From positions 3,161-67,160 of the forward strand of contig JAPKDL010000004.1 in assembly GCA_028822585.1 (NCBI GenBank): a DNA stretch of 64,000 nt. Reading direction: 5' to 3'. The stretch's first letter is position 1. Every line of letters begins with the position of its first letter. A program made the position numbers and the translations under genes. Positions 46,087 to 57,931 of the stretch are shown here, in pieces. The notes beneath the pieces are model-generated. The model was not told where the DNA came from, made no database searches, and was given only the letters and a program-made list of their open reading frames with translations. Source of the DNA: Alphaproteobacteria bacterium (GTDB lineage Bacteria; Pseudomonadota; Alphaproteobacteria; UBA8366; GCA-2717185).

Positions 46087-47199
46087 GTGAAAATCGAAAG
46101 GATCGAAGCTTTCCAAGTGCAATGGTCGCCTGCCGACACGCCCGCCCAGCGCAGCGCCTTTGTTCGTATCTGGACCGATGACGGCCACCACGGTATTGGC
46201 GAAGCGTCCCCCATGATGGGCGGGCTGGCTTCGCTTGGCGTCATCATCAACGATATTGCACCCACACTGATTGGTGCCGACCCTTTGGATCACGCGGTGA
46301 TACAAGACCGGCTGATGCATGGCCACCTTGTGAAGCTCGGCCCCGACGGCGCGCTTACGGGCGCTTTGGCCGCCATCGATATCGCGCTCTGGGATTTGAA
46401 GGGCAAGCTCTTCAATCTCCCTATCTACAAACTGTTAGGCGGCGCCTGGCGAACCGATTTACCGTTTTACGCTTCCATTGGCGGCAATGGCGCCGAACGC
46501 AGCCTGGATGATGTTTTACGCCACATAGAAAGACGATTGGAGGACAAACCTTCCGCCATAAAAATTCGGTTCGACAACCCCCGCGTCAATCTAGACGCTG
46601 ACATTTCCGATCATCTGGCGAAAGCGCGCGCGGTACGCAAATTGGTCGGCGACGACTTCCCCCTCGCCTTCGATTCAAACAACGGGTATTCAAGCGGCGG
46701 CGCCATGCAAGTCGGGCGAGTTTTGGAGGAGCTGGGTTATTGGTGGTTCGAAGAACCGGTCCAGCATTTCCACATCAAGGCGACAGGAGAAATCGCGCAA
46801 CGGCTATCCATAACCGTATCCGCAGGTGAACAGACCTACACGACCGGCGGACTTGTCGAATTGATCAATGCTGGGGTTCGCATGATCCAACCGGACATCA
46901 TCAAAATGGGCGGCATCACCGGGTTGCTGAGGTGCGCGGCGTTGGCGCAGGCGCACGGGGTGGAACTCGTCTCCCACCAAACCCAGCCCATGATCGGACA
47001 TTTGGCGAACCTGCATGTCTGCGCAGCCCAACTGCACCTCACCAAGCCCTGCGAATGGAACGATCCTACCGATCGTATGCACGCGATCTTCGATGAACCA
47101 CCCCTGCCAAAGGATGGCAAATTTCATCTGTCCGACAGACCAGGCCTGGGCATTGATTTCATTGAAGACGAGCTAACCAAACGCCGAATTGACGTATGA
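46087..47199 (+). CDS. Enolase-superfamily enzyme (mandelate racemase / muconate lactonizing enzyme family)
   Basis: 370 aa, GTG start; ..AFDSNNGY.., ..WFEEPV.., ..SAGEQT.. metal-ligand pattern. Confidence 0.88.
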   Translation: MKIERIEAFQVQWSPADTPAQRSAFVRIWTDDGHHGIGEASPMMGGLASLGVIINDIAPTLIGADPLDHAVIQDRLMHGHLVKLGPDGALTGALAAIDIALWDLKGKLFNLPIYKLLGGAWRTDLPFYASIGGNGAERSLDDVLRHIERRLEDKPSAIKIRFDNPRVNLDADISDHLAKARAVRKLVGDDFPLAFDSNNGYSSGGAMQVGRVLEELGYWWFEEPVQHFHIKATGEIAQRLSITVSAGEQTYTTGGLVELINAGVRMIQPDIIKMGGITGLLRCAALAQAHGVELVSHQTQPMIGHLANLHVCAAQLHLTKPCEWNDPTDRMHAIFDEPPLPKDGKFHLSDRPGLGIDFIEDELTKRRIDV

Positions 47200-47215
47200 A
47201 AGTAGGATATAACGC

Positions 47216-48145
47216 ATGACATTTATCAACGCAGATCGCGCGCCTTATTCGCCGATCGTTACGCGCCCCAAAATCATTTGGCCCGACAACGCCAAGGTCG
47301 CACTGTGGGTCGTGCCAAATATCGAACATTACGAATACCTGCCGTCGTCTCAGCGCACGCGAAACCCATGGCCACGCACTCCGCATCCCGACGTCATCGG
47401 CTATGGCAGCAAGGATTACGGTAACCGTGTCGGCGTATGGCGTATGATCGAGACCATGGATAAGTACGACGTTCGCGGCACTGTTTCGCTGAACATGGCG
47501 AATTTTGTGCACTATCCCGAAATCATGCGCGCCAGCGAAGAACGTAATTGGAGCATCCTATGCCACGGGCTGTACAATACGCGCTACCATTGGAATTACA
47601 GCGAGGACGAAGAACGCAAGGCGATAAAGGAATGCGTCGATCTGTATCGTGAATTAACCGGACGTATGTTGCAGGGTTGGTTTTCGCCCGCCGTGTCCAA
47701 CACGCTAAGAACGCCGGACCTCGTGGCCGAAGCAGGTATAAAATATTACACCGACTGGTATCACGACGATCAACCCTTGCCGATGAAAGTGCGGTCTGGA
47801 AGTTTGGTCACGGTTCCCTACTCCATGGACCTTAACGATTCCGCGCTGTATCTGAAACAGCATGAAAGTCTCGATTTCCTGGAAATGATCCGCGACACCT
47901 TTGACACCCTTTACGCCGAAGCGGAAGCCGATGGCAGTGGTCGGGTCCTGTGTATCGCCCTGCACCCTTATCTCATGGGACAGCCCCATCGCATCGGTCA
48001 TTTGGACGAGGCCTTGAAGTACGTCCTGTCCCATGACGGCGTTTGGAACACCACGGGCGAAGATATCGCCGACTGGTATCTTGAACATTGCGGTGATCAT
48101 CTCACTGCACATTTGGATGCCGCACAATTGGACGGGAGCGCTTAA
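47216..48145 (+). CDS. Polysaccharide-deacetylase-fold protein (PuuE-like subgroup), paralogue 1
   Basis: 309 aa; ..KVALWVVPNIEHYEY.. ..DYGNRVGVWRMIETMDKYDVRGT.. Confidence 0.78.
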   Translation: MTFINADRAPYSPIVTRPKIIWPDNAKVALWVVPNIEHYEYLPSSQRTRNPWPRTPHPDVIGYGSKDYGNRVGVWRMIETMDKYDVRGTVSLNMANFVHYPEIMRASEERNWSILCHGLYNTRYHWNYSEDEERKAIKECVDLYRELTGRMLQGWFSPAVSNTLRTPDLVAEAGIKYYTDWYHDDQPLPMKVRSGSLVTVPYSMDLNDSALYLKQHESLDFLEMIRDTFDTLYAEAEADGSGRVLCIALHPYLMGQPHRIGHLDEALKYVLSHDGVWNTTGEDIADWYLEHCGDHLTAHLDAAQLDGSA

Positions 48146-48146
48146 T

Positions 48147-49055
48147 ATGACGATTCCAGCACCTGGTATGGACCATGACTTGTATCGCTACTCACCCCTG
48201 CCTGAACGCCCCGTTCTGAAATGGCCCAGCGGTGCCCGCGTCGCGTCCTGGGTATTGCTGCATTTGGAATATTGGGAATTGGAACCGCCCGAAGGCACCC
48301 ATCGCGATACCAGATTCCAAGGATCGCGCGGCGATTATTTTCCGGAATACCGATATTTCACGCAGCGCGAATATGGAAACCGGATTGGTATTTTTCGCAT
48401 TCTCGACCTTCTCGACAAGCATGGGTTAAAAGCCACAGTCGCGGTCAATGCAAGCGCCTGTGATCGCTATCCCAATTTGATCGAAGAATGCGCCCAGCGC
48501 GGGTATGAATTTGCCGCCCACGGCGAATATCAAAGCCGCATGATCACCAGCAATATGAGCGAAGCGGAAGAGCGCCGCACCATCGATGTCACGACCACAA
48601 CCGTCGAAGCCGCGACAGGAACGCGTCCCACCGGTTGGCTGGGTCCAGATTCCGGTGAATCCCCTAATACTCCACAATACCTTGCTGATGCAGGCTATGA
48701 CTATTTGATGGATTGGCCGAATGACGATCAACCTTATTTGATGACGACAAGGCCAAATTTAGTGTCCGTTCCCAATCAAATGGAATGGGACGACGTCCAG
48801 AATCTATGGGTGCGACATGTTCCGAATTCGCGCTATCCATCCCTGGTTGGAAACGCGTTTCGCACCCTCCACGCAGAAGGAAAAGAATCAGGTCGTTTAT
48901 TTGGATTATCACTTCACCCTTGGGTAATAGGGCAACCACACCGTATCAAATTTTTAGCCCAAGCGCTTGAAGACATCTGTGCGTACGACGAGGTTTGGCA
49001 AGCGACTGCCGGGGAAATATCCCAGCATTATAGGTCACTTAACCCGCAACCCTAA
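48147..49055 (+). CDS. Polysaccharide-deacetylase-fold protein, paralogue 2
   Basis: ATG at 48147 (MTIPAPGMDHDLY) 1 nt after the upstream stop with GGGAG 8 nt upstream; ..RVASWVLLHLEYWE.. ..EYGNRIGIFRILDLLDKHGLKAT.. collinear with paralogue 1. Confidence 0.78.
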   Translation: MTIPAPGMDHDLYRYSPLPERPVLKWPSGARVASWVLLHLEYWELEPPEGTHRDTRFQGSRGDYFPEYRYFTQREYGNRIGIFRILDLLDKHGLKATVAVNASACDRYPNLIEECAQRGYEFAAHGEYQSRMITSNMSEAEERRTIDVTTTTVEAATGTRPTGWLGPDSGESPNTPQYLADAGYDYLMDWPNDDQPYLMTTRPNLVSVPNQMEWDDVQNLWVRHVPNSRYPSLVGNAFRTLHAEGKESGRLFGLSLHPWVIGQPHRIKFLAQALEDICAYDEVWQATAGEISQHYRSLNPQP

Positions 49056-49387
49056 ACCTTTAAAAGAAGTCGATGGTGAACTTATCACGATAGTTGCAAA
49101 TTGTAGCTTTCAATACATTACTGGTTAGCGCATTCCCGAATTGATTAAAACGCTACGCTTCATCGAAAGTAAAATATTGTCGATGATAGATTTCTGGGAC
49201 AGCCTCGAACCATTCCAGGACCTCACGATGCCCGCCGAACCGGGGGTGACGCCCGAAGAAGATGGCTCGTTGAATGGCCTGCGATGGAAGGTCAGGGCCT
49301 AAGTCATGACGGCATCGACGCCTTGTTTGTTTAAGTCCGTGTTTCGAGAGGGGTGACAGCGCCATCATGCGCCCTTAAGGTCGCGAC

Positions 49388-50284
49388 ATGACTGAAGACA
49401 TAAGCACCCATGACGCCGAAGACGACTCGCGCAATGCGGATTTGAATCTTTATGTGAATGGCGAAATTGTACATCGGGACGATGCCAAAGTGTCGGTATA
49501 CGATTCTGGATTTCTGCTTGGAGACGGCGTATGGGAAGGCCTCCGCCTCTACAATGGAAAATGGACGTTCCTCAATGAACATATGGAGCGCCTATTCGAA
49601 GCCGCCAAAGCTATAGACTTAGACATCGGCAAGACACGCACCGAACTTATCGTCGCGCTAAACGAAACCGCTGCCGCCAATGACATGGCCGATGGCGTTC
49701 ACGCTCGATTAATGGTCACCCGGGGCGTAAAATCGAAACCGTTTCAGGACCCACGCCTGTCCAAATCCGGTCCCACTATCGTCATAATTATGGAATTCAG
49801 TTCACCTGTTACGGGGCGCGCCCTACGACTGCATACGACGCCCTTCCATCGCGGCCTGCCTTTGACCCAAGACCCGAAGCTAAATTCTCATTCCAAACTT
49901 AACTGCATTCTGGCCGGTATTCATGCACAAAAGGCGGGAGCCGATGAGGCGCTAATGTTGGACCCGCAGGGATTCGTCAACACGACAAATTCCTGTAATT
50001 TTTTCATTGTCAGAAAAGAAGAGGTTTGGACCTCGAACGGGGATTATTGCATGAACGGCATCACACGCCGGAAGACAATTGAATTATGCCGCGCCAATGA
50101 CATTTCTGTCACCGAACGGAATTTCTCGCTCGTCGATACTTATGGCGCGGACGAAGCCTTCATCACCGGAACCTTCGGTGCGCAAACGCCGGTATGCGAA
50201 ATAGATGGACGCCCAATCGGTGATGGCGGGGCAGGTCCCGTAACGCAACGTCTGCAGCAACTCTATAAGACACTCGTGTCGTAA
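49388..50284 (+). CDS. Class IV (branched-chain / D-amino-acid) aminotransferase
   Basis: 298 aa; ..VSVYDSGFLLGDGVWEGLR.., ..KLNCILAGIHAQKAGADEALMLD.. Confidence 0.9.
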   Translation: MTEDISTHDAEDDSRNADLNLYVNGEIVHRDDAKVSVYDSGFLLGDGVWEGLRLYNGKWTFLNEHMERLFEAAKAIDLDIGKTRTELIVALNETAAANDMADGVHARLMVTRGVKSKPFQDPRLSKSGPTIVIIMEFSSPVTGRALRLHTTPFHRGLPLTQDPKLNSHSKLNCILAGIHAQKAGADEALMLDPQGFVNTTNSCNFFIVRKEEVWTSNGDYCMNGITRRKTIELCRANDISVTERNFSLVDTYGADEAFITGTFGAQTPVCEIDGRPIGDGGAGPVTQRLQQLYKTLVS

Positions 50285-50286
50285 CT

Positions 50287-51015
50287 TTGCCGAAAAATAT
50301 CGCCATGTGGTCTGGGCCGCGCAATCTTTCCACGGCCATGATGCGCAGCTTCGAAAATCGCACTGACTGTTCCGTATGGGACGAACCATTCTACATCCCC
50401 TTTCTATTAGAAACCGGCATCAACCATCCGATGCGGGATGTGGTAGTCACCAAAGGCATTCGAGACCCGGATGTCGTCATAGAACAATGTTTGGGACTAG
50501 CCCCCAATAACGCACCTGTCTTCTATCAAAAACATATGACCCATCACATGCTCCCGACGTTCAAACGGGATTGGATCAAAGACGTCATCAATGTCTTTCT
50601 CATTCGCGCGCCGGAATTCGTCGTTGCCAGCTACGCGAAGAAACGTGAAAGCGCGACGTTGAACGACATTGGCTTCGTGGAGCAAAAGGAATTATTCGAC
50701 CAGGTTAGCGACCGCTTAGGCATGGCCCCGGTCGTCGTCGACGCCACCGACATACAATCCAACCCTAAAGCGATGTTAACCAGGCTGTGCGGCGCCATCG
50801 ACTTGCCTTTCGACGACGCAATGCTGAACTGGCCGGAAGGGCGGCGGGATAGCGACGGCGCTTGGGGGCCCCATTGGTATAATGCGGTGATTGCAAGCAC
50901 GGGTTTCGCGCCGCCGCACACTGAATGGCCCAACTTAACCGATGACGCCCTGCGTCTTGCCGATTCCGCCCGGCCTTATTACGAAGCCCTGCAGCCGTTT
51001 GCGCTGTCACTTTGA
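50287..51015 (+). CDS. Sulfotransferase-like P-loop-type protein (uncharacterised family)
   Basis: 242 aa; N-terminal IAMWSGPRNLSTAMMRSF resembles the PAPS 5'-phosphosulfate-binding loop; TTG start 2 nt after the aminotransferase stop (ATG alternative at 50305). Confidence 0.5.
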   Translation: MPKNIAMWSGPRNLSTAMMRSFENRTDCSVWDEPFYIPFLLETGINHPMRDVVVTKGIRDPDVVIEQCLGLAPNNAPVFYQKHMTHHMLPTFKRDWIKDVINVFLIRAPEFVVASYAKKRESATLNDIGFVEQKELFDQVSDRLGMAPVVVDATDIQSNPKAMLTRLCGAIDLPFDDAMLNWPEGRRDSDGAWGPHWYNAVIASTGFAPPHTEWPNLTDDALRLADSARPYYEALQPFALSL

Positions 51016-51022
51016 GTTGACC

Positions 51023-53303
<2,281 letters not shown>

Positions 53304-53311
53304 TCTACCCC

Positions 53312-54409
53312 TTACACCAATACAAACGCGGCGTTAGATTGCCGTGCGATTTCCTGAATTTGGCTACGCAGCCCTGGTGGTATCGGTATGCCGGTAGATT
53401 TACGCTCGGCGCGTACGATATTTTCTGGCTCGCCCGCTACCATGACCGGGTGTTCGGGGTCGAGCGGTTTGGTCGCGTGCAGCATATCGATCAACTCATC
53501 GGTCGAGGCTTCAAATTCACCCTCTTCGCGAAATTGCGTCGGATCAATAGCCAAAAAGAAATGCCCTATCTCCATCGATCCCGGCTTGTTACTCCCATGG
53601 TTCGGTGAGGTGTCGAGGCTGGCACCGGAAAAGCTCGCCGACAAAATCTCCACCATCGTGGCCAATCCATAGCCCTTGTGGCTGCCCAAGTCCCGCGTGC
53701 CACCTAATGGCGTCTGAGTACCGCCCCGGGAGATATAAACTTCCGGGTCATCCGACGGGTTCCCATCGGCGTCGCTGGCCCACCCCAGGGGCAATCGCTG
53801 GCCTTCATTCCATTTGTTGCGAATTTTGCCCGCTGCCACCGTCGTCGTCGCCATATCAAGGCTGAACGCCTCATGCCGCTTCGTTGGCGCGGCGAACGCG
53901 ATGGGGTTGGTCGATAGCTTGCCGTCCTTGCCAAAGGTCGGCGCGGTGCGTGGCCCGGACCCGTTGGTTGTCGCAATCCCCACCAGCCCCGCCGCCGCCA
54001 TCAACCGCGTGTAAAACCCCGTCGCGCCAAAATGCGCCGATTCCCGAACCGCCACGGCGGCCATGCCCATCACCTTTGCCTTGTCGATGCACATCTTTGT
54101 CGCCAGCAGCGAAGGCACATACCCAAGCCCCCCGCCTGCATCTATCAACGCCGTCGTGGGCGTCTCCGTCACAACGTTGATGTCGGTGTCCAGCGTAATG
54201 ACGTTGCGGCGCCGCCGGTCGTCATAGGGGGGCAACATGGAAATGCCATGGGTGTCGATTCCGCATGCGTCCGCGTCCGCCATCACCTCAGCGGTCGCAG
54301 CCACATGCTCTGGCTTCATCCCCCACGCCGTTAAAATTGACGCAATCTGTTCCTGAACCACCGCTTGCGGCGCCCACAAAACATCATTCTCATCTAAACG
54401 ATGGCTCAA
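53312..54409 (-). CDS. Ldh2-family oxidoreductase, paralogue B
   Basis: 365 aa; the same motifs (..ACGIDTHGI.., ..[10 protein letters not shown].., ..[10 protein letters not shown].., ..HKGYGLA..); TTG start after AGGAGAG. Confidence 0.88.
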   Translation of the reverse strand: MSHRLDENDVLWAPQAVVQEQIASILTAWGMKPEHVAATAEVMADADACGIDTHGISMLPPYDDRRRRNVITLDTDINVVTETPTTALIDAGGGLGYVPSLLATKMCIDKAKVMGMAAVAVRESAHFGATGFYTRLMAAAGLVGIATTNGSGPRTAPTFGKDGKLSTNPIAFAAPTKRHEAFSLDMATTTVAAGKIRNKWNEGQRLPLGWASDADGNPSDDPEVYISRGGTQTPLGGTRDLGSHKGYGLATMVEILSASFSGASLDTSPNHGSNKPGSMEIGHFFLAIDPTQFREEGEFEASTDELIDMLHATKPLDPEHPVMVAGEPENIVRAERKSTGIPIPPGLRSQIQEIARQSNAAFVLV

Positions 54410-54544
54410 AGTTCTCTCCTGGAAAAAACGTGGTAGGACTTAGAAAACGTCTAAATCCTTAGCATGGCATAGGGTCGGTTAGCAAAGGTGGGGGCGGCAT
54501 GAACGGGTCGATCTGATTCTTTATTTTTCTTGTGGGATACCGAC

Positions 54545-54673
54545 ACCTGTGTCCTGCAAAGTCATAGTTAAGGTGTTGTTCAAGCTCATCAAGCGGCCTT
54601 TCGCCGCGAATAGCGGCAAGAGCAACCTTCGATTTGAAAGTAGGTGTGCGATTGCGCCGGGGCGTCGTGTCAT
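54545..54673 (-). mobile_element. IS3-family orfA 5' fragment (relic)
   Basis: ATG at 54673 gives MTRRP, then after a 1-nt shift RRNRTPTFKSKVALAAIRGERPLDELEQH; similarity stops there; same protein type as the relic at 20606. Confidence 0.55.
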
Positions 54674-54737
54674 GTCGGCTATCCTGTTGAGGCCAATTTA
54701 TGCCCGTTACAGGTCGAAAACCCACCTATCTCAGGGC

Positions 54738-55766
54738 TCAGATTTCCCGAGCCACTTTTCCTTCCATCAATCCAAATTCCCTGGACAGTAATTCGTAACT
54801 TTTGCGCCGTACGTTTTCATCATGGGCCCAGGTGACAATCGCTATTTCATCAACGCCAAGTTGGGCACCCAAGTCACGAATGCGTGAGGCGACGTCGGGC
54901 GCGGTTCCGACAAAGGATTTCTTATGGTTTGCATCGATGATCTTGGCGTCCGTCGCGGAATATTGATGCCCTGCCAGTGATTCCGGCGATGGGAACGCCG
55001 TGAACTGGCCCCTGTCGCGATGTAATTGCCAGTGCGCCCGCGCGCTGAAATGGAAATGCGCTTCTTCGTCCGTGTCTGCCGCCAGCGCCCAGACACAAAT
55101 GCCTGATACTGGTTCCGGATGGCGCTCGCTGGGCTGATAACCATCACGGTACATCGTAAGCGCTTCCTGGCCACCGCGCCCATCGGTGAAGAACCATGCA
55201 AAGCTATAGGGTATGCCCAAATGAGCGCCCACCTGCGCACCATAGGCGGAACTGCCAAGAATCCATAGTTCCGGCGCGGTGTCGCCTTGGGGCTGGGCCT
55301 GAACCATTCCAAACGGGTGGTTATCCCGCAGCGGGTCGCCCTGCACCCAGTCCCGTAAATCGATCACATCGGATGGAAATTGTTCTGGCCGCTCGGCGGC
55401 CTGCGGGTTGAGAGCATAGGCCGTGCGACCATCGGAGCCCGGAGCCCGCCCCAACCCGAGGTCGATCCGACCTGGCCCCAAGGCGTCCAGCACGCGGAAC
55501 TGTTCCGCCACCTTCAATGGCGCGTAATGTGGCAACATGATTCCGGCGCTGCCAACGCGGATGCGCATGGTATTGGTCACGATGGCCGCAATCAAAATTT
55601 CTGGTGCGGTCCCTACAATCGTCGGGTGGCTGTGATGTTCCGACACCCAGAATCGATGGTAACCGAGGTCTTCACAGTGTTCGGCCATCTCAACGGTGTC
55701 TCGGATGGCAGCACCTTGGGAGCGGCCTTCCATAGCAATGGATTGATCTAAAACTGAATAACGCAC
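54738..55766 (-). CDS. Luciferase-like (LLM class, group 1) flavin-dependent oxidoreductase
   Basis: 342 aa; ..LGYHRFWVSEHH.. ..GSAGIMLPHYAPLKVAEQF..LDALGPGRIDLGLGRAPG..; GTG start after AAGGA. Confidence 0.88.
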   Translation of the reverse strand: MRYSVLDQSIAMEGRSQGAAIRDTVEMAEHCEDLGYHRFWVSEHHSHPTIVGTAPEILIAAIVTNTMRIRVGSAGIMLPHYAPLKVAEQFRVLDALGPGRIDLGLGRAPGSDGRTAYALNPQAAERPEQFPSDVIDLRDWVQGDPLRDNHPFGMVQAQPQGDTAPELWILGSSAYGAQVGAHLGIPYSFAWFFTDGRGGQEALTMYRDGYQPSERHPEPVSGICVWALAADTDEEAHFHFSARAHWQLHRDRGQFTAFPSPESLAGHQYSATDAKIIDANHKKSFVGTAPDVASRIRDLGAQLGVDEIAIVTWAHDENVRRKSYELLSREFGLMEGKVAREI

Positions 55767-55776
55767 AAAAGGATCC

Positions 55777-56085
55777 TTATGGAATGTCGATGTCCATCAA
55801 CGGGATAAATTGCTGTCCGCCATGGCCGTCGGAATCGCCGATATCACCCTGGGTGATGGGCCGCGGAAGCGACGCCTTTATGGCAAGGGCGGTGTCGCAA
55901 TAGAAGAACATGACCTTGTTTTCCGAGAGGCCATATTTCTCGGCGACAACCGCGCGCGAAAGGGCTCCAGACTCCTTGACCCGTTCATACACCGATAGAT
56001 CGTCGAACATAATGTCAATTGTCAGCATGAACGGCCCGGCATTCTTGCTTCGCATCAAACTGGCGATGTCGGCGAGTTTATCCAT
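55777..56085 (-). CDS. DUF4387-family protein (AtuA-associated)
   Basis: 102 aa; ..RSKNAGPFMLTIDIMFDD.. ; AGGAGGG SD; directly downstream of a DUF1446 gene, the usual pairing. Confidence 0.7.
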   Translation of the reverse strand: MDKLADIASLMRSKNAGPFMLTIDIMFDDLSVYERVKESGALSRAVVAEKYGLSENKVMFFYCDTALAIKASLPRPITQGDIGDSDGHGGQQFIPLMDIDIP

Positions 56086-56100
56086 GATTGATGTTCCCTC

Positions 56101-57489
56101 CTAAGCCGAAAGATCGTGATATTCGATGGGAAACATTTCTAGCGGGGATTCGGGTAAAACCACATGGTTGATGTTAAACCGCGCCACGGGACCACGTTCC
56201 AGATAAGACGGGTTGTACGGCGTCGCCAGACCGGTAATCAAGCCATGCCATTCCGGGATCGGCAAATGAAGTGCCTGATGGCGATAAATTCCGGAGAGAT
56301 CGTTCGCCAAAGACTGGGTTTTCGCCGTAATCTCACACACTAGACACAGCTCGTGCGAGGTAATTTCCTTCACCGGCTCCAAGGTGCCCATGGTGCCGTC
56401 CTTGCCATAGGTGCGAAAATTAATGAAATAATCGTCCGATGACAGTGTGTCGCCGTAGACCATCTCAAACCGCGCCGCCAGTTTTTCCTTCAACCGCGCC
56501 AGCCAATCGTCAAACTGGCGGATCATGAACGGATCGCGGATAGACCCGATTGTCACACTCTGATAGCCCGCAATTTCCGCCCCCTCCAGTTTCACCGTAT
56601 AGGTGTTGGCGGGAAGAAAGCGGCTGCCGCGCACGCGCACGCTGCGCTCGTCCAACGCTTCATAGGTTGCCTCGCTGATCTCCAAGGTTCCCGAACATTC
56701 CTTCAATTCAAACGGGTCGGCATTTTCGTACAGCGAATGTGACGCGATGCTTTGCGGCGTACAGCGTATTTCCGGATCACCGGCGAAAATATCGAAGTGA
56801 TCTTCACGAATGATCGCCATCATGCAATCGGGCGTTTTGCGCTGAGTCGCAGCTGCGTTGCCACACTCTAAAATTTTGGCAGCGTGCCAGCTTGGGCCCT
56901 CTGGCGCACCGAGCATCATCGCCCGACTGGCGAAGATGGCGGTGTCGCTGGCACGGCCGCATAACACAACATCCGCGCCACCTTCCAACGCCTCTTGAAA
57001 CGGTTCGGCGCCCGCCATCCCGACAATGTGTTCCGAACCATCGATGACTGCCTCGTCGAATTTGGGCGGGTTGTCGAGCGGATGCACCTTGCCTTCGCGT
57101 AGTTTGGCTTTTAGGTATTCGAAATCCTGTTCGCAATGCACCAGGGCAACGCGCAGCGACAGTCCTTCTTCCGTGACGATTTCCTTGAGCAGCCCAAACA
57201 TGGTCCGCAACTGGATATCGCCTCCCGCTGTTCCGCACGACCCGATAAGCACCGGGATATTATTCTGGCACCCACCTTTGACCATGATTCGTAAATCACG
57301 CTTAATCGACGGCAGAGGAAACGCGGTTTTACCGGTCGCGAGATAATATGGTCCCGCGTCCGTAGACCCCGCGTCACATCCGATGAAATCAGGGTTCATC
57401 GCCATCATCCGATTAAACGAATCTTCAACAAAACCTGATCCCAGGACCCCCGTTGGCGCAAGCGCCTTAACTTCGACAAAGTCCGTCAA
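56101..57489 (-). CDS. DUF1446 / AtuA-like (acyclic terpene utilisation family) protein
   Basis: 462 aa; ..GVLGSGF.. ..FIGCDAGSTDAGPYYL..; TTG start overlapping the upstream stop (TTGA), GGAGG 7 nt upstream. Confidence 0.78.
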   Translation of the reverse strand: MTDFVEVKALAPTGVLGSGFVEDSFNRMMAMNPDFIGCDAGSTDAGPYYLATGKTAFPLPSIKRDLRIMVKGGCQNNIPVLIGSCGTAGGDIQLRTMFGLLKEIVTEEGLSLRVALVHCEQDFEYLKAKLREGKVHPLDNPPKFDEAVIDGSEHIVGMAGAEPFQEALEGGADVVLCGRASDTAIFASRAMMLGAPEGPSWHAAKILECGNAAATQRKTPDCMMAIIREDHFDIFAGDPEIRCTPQSIASHSLYENADPFELKECSGTLEISEATYEALDERSVRVRGSRFLPANTYTVKLEGAEIAGYQSVTIGSIRDPFMIRQFDDWLARLKEKLAARFEMVYGDTLSSDDYFINFRTYGKDGTMGTLEPVKEITSHELCLVCEITAKTQSLANDLSGIYRHQALHLPIPEWHGLITGLATPYNPSYLERGPVARFNINHVVLPESPLEMFPIEYHDLSA

Positions 57490-57902
57490 GAAATGGCCTC
57501 CGGCACCTTCGTGTAATCATCGTCGCTGACCTTTTCAAACCAATCCGTACCGGCGCCGTCATCGCTGGTTTCCGACATTGCCAGATGGGTGAACATCCGG
57601 TCTGGCGCGGATCCGTGCCAATGGCGGGTATCCGGTGGAATGCAAGCTGTGTCGCCGGGGTGTAGTTCCTGCACCTGTTCTCCTTCAAGCTGCACTCGCC
57701 CAATACCCGTAACGCAGTACAAAGTTTGGCCTACCGGATGGGAATGCCACGCGGTCCGCCCACCGGGCAGGAAGGTGACATTGGTGGCGCGCATCCGCGA
57801 CGGCGCCACGCCAACTAGAACAGGGTCCTGTAACACCTGTCCGGTAAAATTAGCTTCAGGCGCCGCTTTGGTGGGTCGTGCATTCGCTCGCTTGATCTCC
57901 AT
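57486..57902 (-). CDS. Cupin-domain protein
   Basis: ..VTFLPGGRTAWHSHPVGQTLYCVTG.. ..PGDTACIPPDTRHWHG..; ATG at 57902 6 nt after GGGAG. Confidence 0.8.
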   Translation of the reverse strand: MEIKRANARPTKAAPEANFTGQVLQDPVLVGVAPSRMRATNVTFLPGGRTAWHSHPVGQTLYCVTGIGRVQLEGEQVQELHPGDTACIPPDTRHWHGSAPDRMFTHLAMSETSDDGAGTDWFEKVSDDDYTKVPEAIS

Positions 57903-57931
57903 CACCCTCTCCCTGTTTTATTTTCGTTTAT

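Noticed and set aside
49153-49368. 71-aa minus-strand ORF (..FFGRHPRFGGHREVLEWFEAVPEIYHRQYFTFDEA) in the 332-nt gap before the aminotransferase. The opposite strand has a 39-aa ORF (49184-49303).
   Set aside because: I cannot decide which strand, if either, is coding. The His/Arg-rich composition looks like the mirror image of the acidic plus-strand frame. Only 19 nt would remain for a divergent promoter. No homology is recognised.
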